A DNA stretch of 62,961 nt, counting the filler, from Saprolegnia diclina VS20 (lineage: Eukaryota), in NCBI RefSeq assembly GCF_000281045.1. It is 5 parts of 2 records of this genome, joined end to end, with 100 filler letters (N's around TTAATTAATTAA, not from the genome) between each part and the next. Parts side by side here need not be neighbours in the genome. Positions count along the whole stretch, not along the records: positions 1 to 24,662 come from NW_008246146.1; 4 more parts are not named here. One strand, written 5' to 3'. Shown here piece by piece: positions 1 to 13,590 of the stretch; the first letter of the stretch is position 1; each line of letters starts with the position of its first letter. The notes under the pieces are model-generated. The model was given only the letters and a program-made list of their open reading frames with translations. It made no database searches and was not told where the DNA came from. The position numbers and the translations under genes were made by a program.

Positions 1-672
1 AGCAAGGGCACGGACCAAGTGATCCAGTGCTGGTTGTCGCGGCCAGACCTGCCGCCGCTCGACCTCTCGATGAGCCAGAGTCTCTACGATATGGGCTATG
101 GCGACAAGTACGCCGAGAGAATCGCGGCCGCCAAGAACATCAACTTTCAACACAGCGCGATCAACGAAGAGACGTTTGGTAAGCGGCTCGCCGAGACGTC
201 CTTCTTCCTCTGCGCCAGCCGATGGGAGGGCTACGGACACTACATCAACCAGGCGCGCGCGGCCGGCGGCGTCATCATCACGACCGATGCGCCACCGATG
301 AACGAGCTCATCGTTGCACCAGTCAGCGGCGTGTACGTCAAGACGGTCATCCATCACCACCCGCACCAGATTCTGGGCGGCGGCTTCGAAGGCGAGCACG
401 GGCTCCGCGACGTGGGCGGGCTCCAAGCCGATTACGAACCTGGCGATCTCTGCGACGCCGTCGACCACGTGCTAAGCCTCTCGGGCGGCGAGCGCGAGCG
501 CATGGCCAAGGCGGCGCAGCAGCAGTTCCACGACGACACCAAGTATTTTGCAGCCGCCATGCGCGACCTGCGAGCGTTCGCACGCGCTCAGCTGCGCTCG
601 GACCGAACGGCCGCCGAGGTCGCGGCCGGCAACTGGCAAGACACGGCGGTGCGGGACGTTCCGTGCGTCTAA
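1..672 (+). CDS. Glycosyltransferase-like protein (GT-B/GT4-like C-terminal domain), 5' truncated by window edge
   Basis: ORF with FFLCAS.WEGYGHYINQARAAG..IITT..PPMNEL, resembling the GT-B E-x7-E/Q nucleotide-sugar binding region; close paralog of 4943-6551. Confidence 0.7.
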   Translation, partial: SKGTDQVIQCWLSRPDLPPLDLSMSQSLYDMGYGDKYAERIAAAKNINFQHSAINEETFGKRLAETSFFLCASRWEGYGHYINQARAAGGVIITTDAPPMNELIVAPVSGVYVKTVIHHHPHQILGGGFEGEHGLRDVGGLQADYEPGDLCDAVDHVLSLSGGERERMAKAAQQQFHDDTKYFAAAMRDLRAFARAQLRSDRTAAEVAAGNWQDTAVRDVPCV

Positions 673-944
673 GCTGTGACGCCAATACCATAGTTCAGTC
701 GTTCAATAGCATTATACGAAGTGCAATGTCGGTGGACTAGTTGTTGTCGAAAGGAGGTGTTGCAGCGCAGTCAAAGATCGCCATGCGTGTCAATGGACGG
801 GAAAACCTCTCAAACTGGATGTCATCTCCGAATCTTTCGGTAATCTCTTGCTGTTTGTAAGAAACGCCAACCAAGCCGCAGAACGTATCGAGTTTGAGAG
901 AGAGAAACCAGATCTTAGAGTGCACTTTGCACTTTGCGACGACG

Positions 945-3900
945 ATGCGCATCGCAGCGATCGCGAGCGCGCTGGGCCTGGCCAGCGCCAAAGTGCACCT
1001 GCCCTCTTGCGGCACGTGGCAGCCGATGGGCCCGATCGGCGGCCACTACAACACGAGCGCGGGCGTCTTGACGGAGAAGCTCAACGTGCACCTCGTGCCA
1101 CACACGCACGACGACCCGGGCTGGCTGTACACGGTCGACCAGTACTTTTCGCAAAACGTCGACTACATCATCGACACGGTCGTCACGGAGCTGCTCAAGA
1201 ACCCAGATCGGCGCTTCATGTACGTCGAGCAGTCGTTCTTCCAGCGCTGGTACGTCCTTCAAGAATCGCACCCAGGGTCGGATGTGAAAACTACTAGGTG
1301 GCGCGAGCAGTCGCACGAGATGAAGACGATCGTCAAGAAGCTCGTGAAAGAAGGTCGTCTCGACTTGTCGGTCAACGGCGGCTGGGTCATGCACGACGAA
1401 GCGGCGGCCCACTACTCGGTCATGATCGACCAAACCGCGCTCGGCCACGGCTTTCTAGTCCACGAGTTTGGGTACGTGTTCTCCGGGTATACGTCTAGTC
1501 GCCTAGTCCGTGTGTAGCGTCAAGCCGCGCATTGGGTGGCAGATCGATCCGTTTGGCCACTCGGCGACGCAGGGCTCGCTCCTCTCGGCCGGCGTCAACT
1601 TTGACGCACTCTACTTTGCGCGCATCGACTACCAAGACTACGAGAAGCGCAAGGCCAACAAGGACCTCGGTAGATACATATGTGCAGATCCTGCGGAAGC
1701 TGCAACGAATGCGTAGAGTTCATGTGGCAGCCGTCGCCGTCGCGCGGCGAAAAGGTCTTTACGGGCATGATCCAGGACGGGTACGGGTCGCCGCACGAGT
1801 TCTTCTTTGACGACTGCGCGCCGATCAAGGACGACCCGGACCTCCACGACTTTAACGTGTGTGAGAAGGTCCAGTACTTTGTCGAGAAGAGCCTCGAGCG
1901 CGCCAAGCACACTAAAGGTATGGATATGGGTCTTGGATATGGTGATATATGGATGCAGGCAACCATATCTTTTGGCCCATGGGCATGGACTTTTCGTACC
2001 AGAACAGCCTCAAGTGGTTCAAGAACATGGACAAGCTCATCCACTACGCCAACCAGGACGGCCGCGTCAACGCCTTCTACTCGACCATCGGCCACTACAC
2101 GGACCTCAAGCTCGCCGACAAGTCGCTCCAGTGGTCGACCAAGACGGACGACTTTTTTCCGTACGCCGACCAGACGTACGCTTACTGGTACTGCGCTTGC
2201 CCACTGAACCCTAATCCTCACAAGCGCACAGGACCGGCTATTTTACGAGTCGTCCGGGGCTCAAGCGCTTTGCCCGCGTCGCCAACGGCATCCTCCAGAC
2301 GATGCGCCAGCTCGAAGTGCACTCGACGACGTCGTCCAAGGTACTCTCTCCACTTCTTGCTCACATGTCACATATCGAGGTAGCTCTTGCACTTGACGGC
2401 GAGCGTCGGCTTGGTGCAGCACCACGACGGCATCAGCGGCACGGAGAAGCAGCACGTCTCCAACGACTACGCCCAGCGGCTCGCCGAAGGGCTCACGTCC
2501 GCCAATGAGCAGCTCAACCACCTCCTCGGCGCGTCGGCCTCTCCGTTTTCAACGTGTCTCTTGGCCAACGTGAGCCTCTGCGAGCATTCGACGTCGGCGT
2601 CCGAGACGTTCGAGGTCGTCGTGTACAACCCGCTGCCGTTTGCGCATACGTTTGGCGTCTCGCTGCCGATCGATACGCCGAGCGCTAGCGTTGCGCTGGC
2701 GTCGACCAACACGCCCGTTCCGTCGGCGGTCGTGCCGTACGTGCCCGTGCATGTGGACGCCAAGGCCGCGCCGCACACGCTGCTTTTGCAGGCGGACGTG
2801 GCACCGCTGAGTCTCCAGCGCTACCGCGTGACCAAGACCAAGTCTGCTTCGACGACTTCATCGTCGGCCGATGATATCTCGACGCTCGAGAACGACCATA
2901 TCAAGGCGACGCTGGACCTGACGAAAGGCAGTCTTGCGAGTCTTCTGGACAAGGCGACAAAGACGGAGGTGCCGATGTCGACTAAGTTTGGCTACTACCA
3001 GTCGTACTTGAACGGCAACGACGTCAACTCGGGCGCGTACATCTTCCGCCCCAACACGAGCACGCTCCATGCCTTCCCCGCCGTGTCGAGCCATGGCTGC
3101 GACGTCGTGCCCCTGCGCCAGTCGTGCTGGTTCCGCTTTGGCAACATGGGCGTCCTCAGCTACGAGCTCCGTCCGTGGGACACGTCGCTTGTGGTCGAGT
3201 GGACGGTTCGTTCGGCTTTGCTGCCAAGGGTGTTGATGGCATGTTCTTAGGTGGGTCCGATCCCAATCGACGACCACCAAGGCAAGGAAGTGATTCTGCG
3301 CTTCGACTCGAACGTGGCGTCCAACGTACGATTTCTACTATAGTCGACTCCAACTGGAGACTATGAATGTACGGTAGAAACGCTGGTACACGGACTCGAA
3401 CGGGCTCGAGTACGTCGAGCGCATCCGCGACTTTCGCGAGACGTGGAACCTCACTTTGCACAACGACGAGGAGCACGTCGCTGCCAACTACGTGCCGATC
3501 ACGACCGGCGCCTACCTCCGCGACGACAAGGTGCAGCTCAACGTCCTTACCGACCGCGCCCAGGGCTGCGCGAGCCTCAAGGATGGTAGACATATTGTCG
3601 CTTCAACCTCAGGACTCATGGGCTGTACGTAGGGCAACTGGACGTGATGGTGCACCGCCGCGTGCTTGGTGACGACCACCGCGGCGTCGACGAGGCGCTC
3701 AACGAGACCGAAACGGTACGCTGGCCGAGGATCGAAGCGTGTACTGTACGTGATGTAGATTCAACTGACCAGCAACCAGCCGCGCGTCCAAGGTCTCACG
3801 GTCCGCGGTCAGTTCTATGTGAGCGTCGGGCCGCACGAGGCGGCGATCGAGCGTTTGCGCACGACGACGTATGCGCAGTACGTCCCGCCCCTCGTGGCCC

Positions 3901-4337
3901 TTCGCGAAGGCTCGGGTGGCTTTGCCGAGATGAAGAAGTCGGTGGTGGGCGACCTCAAGTGGCCGGACAACATTGGGCTCACGGCGCTCCACTGGGCGCA
4001 CCCGCACTGCCGCCTCGTGCGTCTGAGCCACCTCTTTGCCATTGACGAGCACTCGGTATGACGTCAGAACTGAGAGCTTTGTAGGACCGAGTGTTTATAG
4101 GAATGGTCCAAGCCGGCGTCCGTGGACCTCGCCCAGCTCGTGCCAGGCGCTGGGCACGTCGTGGTCAAGGAGCTCACGCTCTCGGCCAACGCGGTCAAGG
4201 GCCCGTCGCCGACGACCGTGACGCTCCAACCCATGGAAGTCAAGTCGTTCGAGCTCTGCGCGCAGGACAAGCGTGCCCCGGTGTACGACGAGGCCCGTGC
4301 GCCGCTCGGACCGCTCGCCGACGACTTGGACTTTTGA
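945..4337 (+). CDS. Lysosomal-type alpha-mannosidase (GH38), multi-exon
   Basis: Signal-peptide-like start [15 protein letters not shown]; motifs [70 protein letters not shown] spread over exons split by ~45-nt introns; TGA at 4335-4337. Confidence 0.93.
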
Positions 4338-4942
4338 CCCGCTTGACACCAGCAAACCGAGTCATTCCTACGGTTAATAGCTGCGGTTCTAACCGACAAT
4401 AAGAACCGGTGCCGCCTTGACCAGCGTTTTGTGATGGGCATCACGGAAGTACCGGTGCAGGGATGCCATGGACACTCGCTCGCTGGTAACGCAGTGTCTT
4501 TGGTGGGGTCGTGCTGATAAGAGATGGGTGCAGCAAATTTTCGTGCAGCACGGGACCTCGTCAAGTGCAGTGGTCAAGTGCAGCGAGGCGACAGCTTCTT
4601 GGAGACTCCTTCCAGCCGATATGGCCAGAGCAATGGTTCTTATTGTCTTGACGTACAAGCAAGCCCCGCGTCATCTCGGACAGCGTGTCCAACACGTGAT
4701 GTAGCGACGTCCTTTCAGCGACCTTCGGGAGCTTGTACCCTCTTACAATCAATACACTATACTATTTCATATTATCAGTGTTGATTGGCCAATAATGGCA
4801 TAGTCTCCTGCAATAAGATGGTATTTCTACCAATCAAACAGAGGCGTTTTGCCTCTTGAAACTCTATACGTCAAGCTCAATTCCAACTCAAAACGGCCTC
4901 AACTTTTCACGCTTTCAATGGATTCGTATTTTGGCAGCCAGC

Positions 4943-6551
4943 ATGCGCGACCATCCGAAGCGCTCGCAGCAGCAGCGCCTGCGTGGCCTCTACCCCGTGG
5001 GCATCCTCGCCATCTTCTTCGTCAACGTCTACTACTTTGGCTTTGGCAGCTCGGACAAGGCGCGCTTCAAGCACCTGCAAATCGACGACGGCGGGCCCTT
5101 CCTGCCGCCTGTCAACGAGCCGTCGACGTGCTGGTTTGACGACGCCCATACGAAGCGCGTGCCGACGAACGACCTCGAGCACCTCAGCCTCCTGCACGCC
5201 GCGTGCACGAGCGGCACGGACGACATCATTACGTGGCACTACGGCACGAATGCCACCAAGGCCACGTACCCGACGCGCTTGAACCGCGACGACCCGCGCG
5301 TGCTCGACGAGCTCCGTCGCTGCCCCGACTTTGACATCTACCTGCCTCCCGGTCTTCGCGGCTCGGGCTACTGCGAAGACGGCTGCGCCTACACCAAGTG
5401 TACGTCCAACAGCTTCGATGCGAGGAATGTTCATGTCGTATGTAGACGGCCGGTCGCGCCTGCTGCCGCAGTGGGCGCTCGAAGACGAGTACTTTGACCC
5501 GCAGCGCAACCGCAAGGCGACGTACCACGACCTGTGCCCGCGGACGCCGATCATCTTCTTCAACCACTACTGGACCCCGTTTCCATGGCCGAAACACAAG
5601 CCCATCTACTTGATGCCCAACATTGAGATGGGCCAGCTCAAGGCCCCCGAGTACTGGAGCGTCGACGTCGTCATCTGCAAGACGCGCGACTGCTACCGCC
5701 GCGTCACTACGTGGTACAAGCAGGAGGGCAACCCGCGCGGCGCCGCCGTCTTCTACACGCGGCACACGACCGCCGACATCGCGGGCCACATTGCGCGCAA
5801 GCTCGGCCCCGGCGGCGTCAAGCCCAAGGACTACCGCAACAAGGTGCGGTTCACGCACACGGCGGGCGGCAGCGTCAGCAAGGGCACGGGCCAGGTCATC
5901 GAGTGCTGGCTGTCGCGCCCGGACCTGCCGCCGCTCGACCTCTCGATGAGCCCGGGGCTGTACGACTTGGGCTATGGCGACAAGTACGCCGATAAGATCG
6001 CACTTGCCAAGAACATTAACTTCAAGCACAACGCGATCGACGAGGTGTCGTTCGGGAAGCTCTTGGCGGAGACGTCCTTCTTCCTCTGCGCGAGTACGTG
6101 GGAGGGGTATGGCCACTACATCAACCAGGCGCGCGCGGCCGGCGGTGTCATCATCACAACGAACGGCCCGCCGATGAACGAGCTCATTGTTGCGCCCGAG
6201 AGTGGCGTGTACGTGGACACGGTCGTCCACCACCACCCGCACCAGATCATGGGCGGCGGCTTCGAAGGCGAGCACGGGCTCAAGGGGGGCTTCGGCGGCC
6301 TCCAAGCCGACTATACGACCGAGGACCTCTGCAACGCCGTCGACCACGTGCTGAGCTTGACGGGCGGTGAGCGCGAGCGCATGGCCAAGGCGGCGCAGCA
6401 GCAGTTCCACGATGACACCAAGTTTTTCGCAGCCTCCATGCGCAACCTCCAGGCCTTTGCCCGCGCGCACTTGCACTCGAACATGACAGCCGCCGAGGTC
6501 GCAGGGACCAACTGGCACGCGACCGCCGTCCGCGACTACCCCTGCTATTAG
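4943..6551 (+). CDS. Glycosyltransferase-like type II membrane protein (2 exons; intron 5400-5445)
   Basis: N-terminal TM segment (GILAIFFVNVYYF), LMPNIEM, WEGYGHYINQAR motifs; splicing gives in-frame YTKYGRSRLL. Confidence 0.72.
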
Positions 6552-6695
6552 AGGAGTACGAGTATACCATTTCTTATTTGTGGCCTCCTCGTTGGGTGCG
6601 ACGCGATCGTATCAACTTGATACTCGAATGAAAGATATCGAGTGGCAACAGCCCATGACCAGAGCAGTTGCGATCTTTTCGGAAGCGTCGCCGTC

Positions 6696-7770
6696 ATGAC
6701 GACAGACGTCAAGCGCCATCGCAAGTGGACCAAGCAGCTGCGCGAGGCGGTGCAGGCGGACGGCTGGGGCCAAGTCCTCGAGGCCGTCGAAGCCTACGAG
6801 CAGTACGCCGACGACGATGTGCTGGGATCTCAATGACGGCTAGGACGTCGATCCGGATCATGGAAGAGCTATCCGAGATGGACTTGTCGCCCGAGCAGCA
6901 AGATCTCATCGAGAAGGTCGTCGTGACCATCAACCACCGCGTCAACTGCCTGAGCTCGCTCGACGCCCACGGCAACCGACCCACCAAAGACGAAATGGCC
7001 GAAATTGCCGACGGTAGTCGTTTAGTCGTATCTTACATTAATCGTGCATGCGACTAGTTCTCGAGTCGGCTCTCCAGCCCACGCCGCGCGTCTTTCCGAT
7101 CGACCTTGCCGACTTGGAGCCGCCGCCCAGCCCAGAGAAGGCGCCGGCCGCCACACCACCGTCGCTGCGGTACGACTGTCATGTCCAGGGTCCTCCTGCT
7201 CATCCTATTCTCGTATTTAGCGGCGCCGAGGCGGTTGTCAAGGACAGCACTGGCGGCGGGCGGCTTGAGATTCACATTGAGAAGATCGGTCTCAAGGACG
7301 CTGCCCGCTACGTCGACCCGCAGATGCTCGTGTCGGTCTACAGTACGCCACCGCAGTTGCGACAATATTGCGATGCCGGGGGTAGGTGAAGACGCGGGGT
7401 ACCTCGAGCCCAAGGTCGAGTTGCCAGCGTCGACGGCGCTCAACCCGCCGTACATTGCGTTTCAGCACACGATTGCGCTCCAGACGCCGCTGGAGACGCT
7501 CCGAAGCCGTACGTGCTGCCACGTCATCGTGCCATTCTTACAATCTTATTTATCGGCTTAGAAAACGGCGCCGTCTTCTTCGAGCTGCTGCACTACAAAA
7601 AAGCCAAGCGAAAGAAGAGCGTGCGGTGCTGGGCAATGCTCGAGATGGACGAGGTGCGCGAACCTGGGCCGCGCGTGCTCGAGCTGTACGCCAAGCCCTG
7701 CGACGTGCACCGCAAGGCGATCCACCTCCTCACCGAGAAACCGCTCTATCTGCACGTGACGCTGCGCTGA
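6696..7770 (+). CDS. AIDA: AIDA-like protein (N-terminal helical domain plus Aida-type C2 domain), multi-exon
   Basis: ADGWGQVLEAVEAYE N-terminal motif; IEKIGLKDA..YVDP; FFELLHYK..K.K.SVRCWAMLEMDE; LELYAKP.D..RK..LLTEKPLYLH. Confidence 0.85.
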
Positions 7771-7819
7771 GGTGTTTGGGAATACTTGGAAACCAGAGGT
7801 TGCATATTGAATATTGTGT

Positions 7820-10695
7820 TTACCGAATGCAGTCGGCGACCGTGCGCGAGACGAGCTCGTCCTCGGAGCGCACGCCCATCTGCAGTAGCATTTGCCCGTC
7901 GCCCTCTTCGAGGCTGAGGCGGCACTTGACGAGCACCTTGACGCCGCCGACAAAGACGCCCGAGAGAATGAGCACGTGCGACTTGGCCTTGGGCGCCGGC
8001 ACGCTCGAGTTGTCGCAGGCAAACATACCGAGGTACTCGATGACAGCGCCGACACTAGTCGTCGTTTCGATAAGAACTAGGATAAAGAGGGGGAAACGTA
8101 CCCTTCGACCAGCGACTGGAAGCGGAGCGCGTACTGCTCGCGGACTTCGTGCTCGTCCCCAATGTGCTCCCAGGCCGACCGAAAGTCGGGCACTTGGACC
8201 TTGGCCATAAAGTCGGCCGCCGAGAGCTCGAGGTCTTCCATCGGGTACTCTTCGTTGTAGCCCATCTCCCCCTCCGGGATCTTGCCGTTGGTCAGTTCGA
8301 TGACGCGGAACTTGAGCTCGTTGGCCACCGCGACGAGCGGGTACTCGGCGTCCTCAATGTGGGCGAGGCAGACGTAGCACGAGCCCTTCTCGCCGTACGG
8401 CAGCTGCGGCAACGGCACGACCGAGTGGACGTCGTACACATCCTCGAGCATGAGCTCAAAGTTGACCGACACGTCGCGCAGCACTTGGTCCGGCACCGTG
8501 TTGAGCACTTGGTACTCGAGCACGAGGTGCGACTTGAAGACGTGCTTGACGCACGACACCACGTACTCGGTCTCGGCTTCCGTGAGCTCGATCGGGCTCG
8601 ACGACCGGAAGAGCGGGCCGAGGTCGGCAAACGCAGGGATCTTGTAGAGCTCTTTGGCCGGGTCCACGGGCGCGGCCGCTTCCTTGGCGGCGACCACCGG
8701 CGTCTTGGCCGACGACGCACTGGGGCGCGGCGCGTCGGCTTGCACGAACGGAAGCGCGTCGAGCGTGACGCGGCCGGCGCTCGGGCGCAGCGCGTACTGC
8801 TCGAGCGACTTTTGCAGCTGGTGCACGCCCATGGGGAGGTCGTCGTCCATGAAGTGGCTGCTGCCGGTCGTCGTGAGGTGCAGATACATGGTCGCGCGGT
8901 CGCGGACCTCGTCGTCGTCGTCGAGCATGCAGCGCGCGAGCAGCGACCGGATGCTGGGCGCCAGGGCCGGCACGCGGATCGCAAAGGACGTGAGCGCCGA
9001 GACGGCCGACGCGCGGATCGTGGCGTTCTCGAGGATGATGCGGTTGTAGATGAATCGAATGTAGCGCGACGGCGACGACGTCGTCGGGCCCTTTTGCCCG
9101 AGCACGTGCAGAATCTTGCAGCTCAGGAGCGTAAACTCGCAGTCTTCGATAAACTCGCAGAGGTGCAGGAGCGCGACTTCCTTGGCTTCCGGCAGGACGT
9201 CGAGGATGTCGAGCATCGCGTCCGTGATGGTCTTCTTAAACTCAAAGCCGCCTTCGTCGCGGAGGAACGTGGCGAGGGCGTTGAGCAGCATGCGGTGCTT
9301 TTGCGGGTACTTGACGCAGAGGTTCCGGATCGCGTCGACGACCACGATCTTGAACTCGTCGGCGATCTCGCTCATGAACGCGTTGATCTGCTTCATGAGC
9401 CGATCGACGCTCGACTCGGCGCCCGTCTTGAGAAGCGTCGTGATGGCCAGCGTCGCGATCGACCGGTTCGAGTCGCCGATGAGAGTCTCGAGGTCTTCGT
9501 TGCACTTGGTCACGAGCATCGGCTGCGTGAGCGCGACAAGGCTCAGCGTCCGCACGGCCGCAAAGCGCAGCGTCGGGCGCACCGACCCCAGCAGGATTTG
9601 CAGCACCTACAGAAACGCATCTCCTCAGGCGCGGCCCTGGCAAGCGACGACATGCGTACCGTGATGGCGGGTTGGAGGTCGCGCGCATCGAGCGGCAGCA
9701 CGCAGATGGCGCGGGCAGCTTCGTAGAGCACCATCTACGTCATGTTGTGTTGCAGCATACATGTAGCATGCATGGGTCTACCTCGCTCTTGTGCCGCAGC
9801 ATCTTTTCGAGAAACTGGTACAGCGGACGCGCGTTCGGGCCCGTGAGGTCGTCCGCGAGGAGCGAGGCCGAGTACCGGATGAGGAGGCAGCACGCCAAGT
9901 TGGACTTGAGGCTCGTCTTCTGGAGCTGCGTGATGAGCTTCGAGACGGCGAGCTTGTCGTGTTGGCGGATCTAACATCATGGTCGCGTTAGATGTAGCAC
10001 AGGCGCTGGTAAGGTGTTACCTGGTAGAGCAGCGCAAGGGCGTGGTATTGCACCATGTCGACGGGCGAGTTGAGCGCCTCCTGCACTTCGTTGACCCAGC
10101 GGCGCACAACGTCCGGCGAGTTGCGCATGAGGTGCATGCCCGAGACGAGAGCGGACGACGACACGAGCGGGTTCTTGTCGACGATCGCCTGCTTGATGTA
10201 GCGCTCGATGGCGGCGAGCATCGACGTGTCGATGATGCGGCACAGGACGCGGATCGCGTTCGCGCGATAGAGGTCCGTGTCGCAGTTCATGTCCTTCGTG
10301 AGACTCTGCGTGACGATGATGACTTCGTCGGCCGCCGTCGCGTCCGCAACCTCCTTGATGAAGAGGTACATCATGCGGCGGAGGTTCGCGTCCTTGCCCT
10401 GGAAGAGCTTGGTGACCTTGAAGAAGACGTCCGTGCTCTCCGTGCTCGTGAACGGCTCGCCTTGCGTCAGAATGTGCAGAAGCTTCGTGATGAGCTGGCA
10501 GCACTTGCGCGGCTGCTTCATGACCATGGCAGCGTCCGAGAAGATCTTGGTCTCGTGCAGCACCGTGGCCTTGTCGAGGTTCTGGAAGGGCGAGACGTTG
10601 GCCTCATCATCCTCGTTCTTGAACTTCTCCTTGATGTCCCGCATGACGCTCGAGATCGTCATACTCGCCAGCGTCGGTGACTGCGGCTCGGCCAT
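7820..10695 (-). CDS. COPG: Coatomer subunit gamma, multi-exon
   Basis: VFFKVTKLFQ, LRRMMYLFIKE, YRANAIRVLC, VRRWVNE, LCEFIEDCEF, YIRFIYNR, DDDDEVRDRA, LTEAETEYVV motifs. Confidence 0.96.
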
Positions 10696-11002
10696 GCTTG
10701 CTGCAGTCAGTCTCCAAATGGGCTGCCAACACCGGACGTTCGCGTTAAGTCATGCAGCGGCCAAGATACGACGTACTTTATCGAATGCCTATACAAATTC
10801 CGAATTTATTCTAAGTGCGTTTCGTGTTAAGTGTTCCAGCCAATGGCATCGCGCCAACACATGAACAGAGATCCGCGGAGCAAAGCCAAATGGAGCAAGC
10901 CGGGGCCACGAAGCCGCGCTCGCCTCCGTGCAGGGCAGTGCAGGGTGCAAGCCCGATCGTCGCCAAGCCGCGAGCCATATGTACGTCGGCCAAGCGTGTT
11001 GT

Positions 11003-12523
11003 TTACAGTGTTAATGAGCTCGGTGCTTCCGCGGGCGGGTCGTCAGCGGTCTCGGGCTCCGGTTGTGCGTCGGTCTTGACTGATGGCTTGGGCGACTTGG
11101 CCTTGGTACTTGGCATGCTGGGCGCACCGCTAGGATATACATCGTGTGTCAAAGGTGCATTCTCACGATGGCCCACGTGTCGTAGCCGAGGACGCGCGGG
11201 TCGGGCGACTTCATCATGGCTTTCCAGAGCTCTTTCGCCGGCGCGTGACCGTCTTTGGAGGGATGGCCGGTAAGGAGGAGGCTCGTGTTGGGTGGCACCT
11301 TCATCTTCAGCGAGCTACAAGCACGTGACGTTAGGCGTCTATACAGTCGTCGTACTCGAGGTTGGTCTGGACGTCGGTCCGCTGCGGCACGTAGCCGCCC
11401 CGCGCATTGAACGTTTTCGACTGGAACGAGACGAGCTTCTGCGGGTTGTAGTCGCCCGGCCCCGTCGGCGTCGACGCCGCTACGGCCAATTTAGCCTCAA
11501 ATGTACCCCATCATGCTTTAGTACCGTGGCCGGCCGCAATGAGCGACGAGAGGAGGTCGAGGTTCTTGGCCGTGCCAAAGGTGCCCCGCTTGCTGCGCTT
11601 GACGGTAAAGTCGGTGCCCGTCGCATCGTAGGACCCCGGACCCGACTGCTTGATGTCCACGGGACTGGGCACGCGGCCGCGGTGGGGCGAATTGATCGCT
11701 GACGCCGAGAGCGAGTGGTTCAAGCGCTACTATAGCATCGATATCGAGATGTGGACAACGTAGAACGACCTCGAACGAGCGCTCGAACGCCTTGTACGAG
11801 GGCGTGAGCGACGCCGACGCTTCCCGCAAGAGCGCATCATTCCTCGCTCGCGCTTTCTACTTGCACATGATCACGAATGCCTCTGAACGTATGTAGCTAC
11901 AGTGAGCAGCGCATGGCGGTCGTGCTTTTGATCATAGACCGACGACGCCACGAACTCGTTCGTCGGGAGGTACTTTGGCCCAGGGCTATCGCTCACCCAG
12001 CCGCGCTGGGCGGCAAAGTCGAGCACATCAAGGCGCTTCTCCTTTGGGAAGCTACACGGCGCCGAGAGCCGTGTCGGGTTGGTCTAATGCAATTATGGCA
12101 CACATGCTTGCATCCATATCGGAGGTACGTCGCGCTCCACGTTGTACGAGCCCGGGCCAGCGCCGACGCGGACGTCCCCGCGTTTGGTCCGCGGCTGCCG
12201 CGTCTTAAATTTGTTGTACGTCGCGACGCGCTCGGCCTCGATCGCCTTGAGCTGGTCGGTTGTCACGACGTTCGGGAACGCGCCGGGCAGCGCCGGCTCG
12301 TGCTCGGACTCGAACGCGGGCTTGGGCGCGGGCGACTCCCGCGGCGCGAGGCTGAACGTCCCATTCGACCGGCTTTGGCGCTCAAAGCTGCTGCGGAGGG
12401 TGTAGGCAAACGGACTCTAGAAGAGAATTGAGGGGGTAAGGGCCAGGGGGTATACGTCGCCACCGGCTCCTCTTCCTTGCCGGTGCAAAACGCGGGCCCG
12501 AACCGCTTCTCGGACGTGATCAT
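11003..12523 (-). CDS. SHIPPO/ODF3/STPG-like PGPGxY-repeat protein (probable flagellar), multi-exon; boundaries approximate
   Basis: Repeated minus-strand motifs PGSYN (~12142-12157), SPGPKY (~11970), SGPGSYD (~11625-11645), TGPGDYNP (~11441-11465); plausible last exon ends ...PSSLTL* at 11003. Confidence 0.55.
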
Positions 12524-12576
12524 AGATAGGTCGTTACGACAATGGATTTGTGTTTATAGTTAGTAAAGAATAATGG

Positions 12577-13590
12577 TTAGCACACCTTCTTGGACGGGAG
12601 GACGTCCGTGATTGACTGGGCAAAAGTAATGAGCCGCTTGACAGACGTGAGGTACTTGCGCTGTAGCTCGTTGTTCATGACGTGCGCTTGCTTGTTGGAG
12701 TTGATCTTCTCGCGGCCTGTGCGCTCGTGGATGCCCACCATCGTGACACCGATGGGCCACGCGGCGTTGCCAATCGCGAGCTTGATGTACGAGTCGTTGG
12801 CCGAGACAAACTCGCCGGCCTTGCAAAAGCCGACGATGTCGACGAGGTTCTTGAGGATGTCGTCGGGCACCGTGTTGCTCTTGCAGAGCCGGAAGAGCGG
12901 CCGAATGTAGTCCTTGCACTGCTTCATGGTGCGCGTCGCGATCTTGCCTTGCGCCGACCGCTTGACGCTCTCCGGCCGCGCGGCCAGCGCCTCCTCCCAG
13001 CGACCGAGCATCTCCTTGAAGAAGCGGTAGATCTTGCGTTCGTCTGACTCGCTCTCGTGGTCCTTATTCGCGTCGCCGTCGTGGTCGTACTCGTCGTCTT
13101 CCTTGTCTTCGTCGGCCTCCTGCGCGTCAATGTAGCCGGCCTGGTTGAGGTCCATCTCGCCGCCTTCGTTCGAGTGGATGAGCGCCTCCAAGCGCCGAGC
13201 GCGCGCCTCGTCGGTCTCGCCGAAGAGTGTGATCGGATGGCCCAGCTGGCGCAGGCGCTTCTTCGTCTCGGCCAGCGTGAAATGGAGCTGCCCGTCATCT
13301 GCGCTCGTCTCGGTAGCGCGCTCTTGCATCGGGGCTGCCTTTGTCTCGTTTGTCGACGCTTGCGCAGCAGCCTGCGCCGCAGTGTGCTCTTCAGCCTCGC
13401 GCTTCTTGGCGGCCTCGGCCTCGACGGCTTCGCGCGCCCGGCGCTCTTCCTCTTCAAGGGCCGCTTCGATCTCGCCCCGGCGCATGTACTTCTTCTTGGC
13501 CGCCGGTTCGCCGCTGACCTTGAGCGCGGTCATCTTCTCTTCCTCGCGCTGGCGCTTGAGCTTCGCCATCATGGCCTTCATTTGATCCAT
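12577..13590 (-). CDS. PRP18: Pre-mRNA splicing factor Prp18
   Basis: PRP4-like motif LRQLGHPITLFGE; C-terminal YIKLAIGNAAWPIGVTMVGIHERTGREKI...HVMNNELQRKYLTSVKRL; likely start MDQMKAMM. Confidence 0.95.
   Translation of the reverse strand: MDQMKAMMAKLKRQREEEKMTALKVSGEPAAKKKYMRRGEIEAALEEEERRAREAVEAEAAKKREAEEHTAAQAAAQASTNETKAAPMQERATETSADDGQLHFTLAETKKRLRQLGHPITLFGETDEARARRLEALIHSNEGGEMDLNQAGYIDAQEADEDKEDDEYDHDGDANKDHESESDERKIYRFFKEMLGRWEEALAARPESVKRSAQGKIATRTMKQCKDYIRPLFRLCKSNTVPDDILKNLVDIVGFCKAGEFVSANDSYIKLAIGNAAWPIGVTMVGIHERTGREKINSNKQAHVMNNELQRKYLTSVKRLITFAQSITDVLPSKKVC

Noticed and set aside
8149..9726. Long antisense or overlapping ORFs (e.g. 525 aa opposite COPG, 429 aa at 5229-6518)
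   Set aside because: Shadow frames produced by high GC3 codon bias; no motifs
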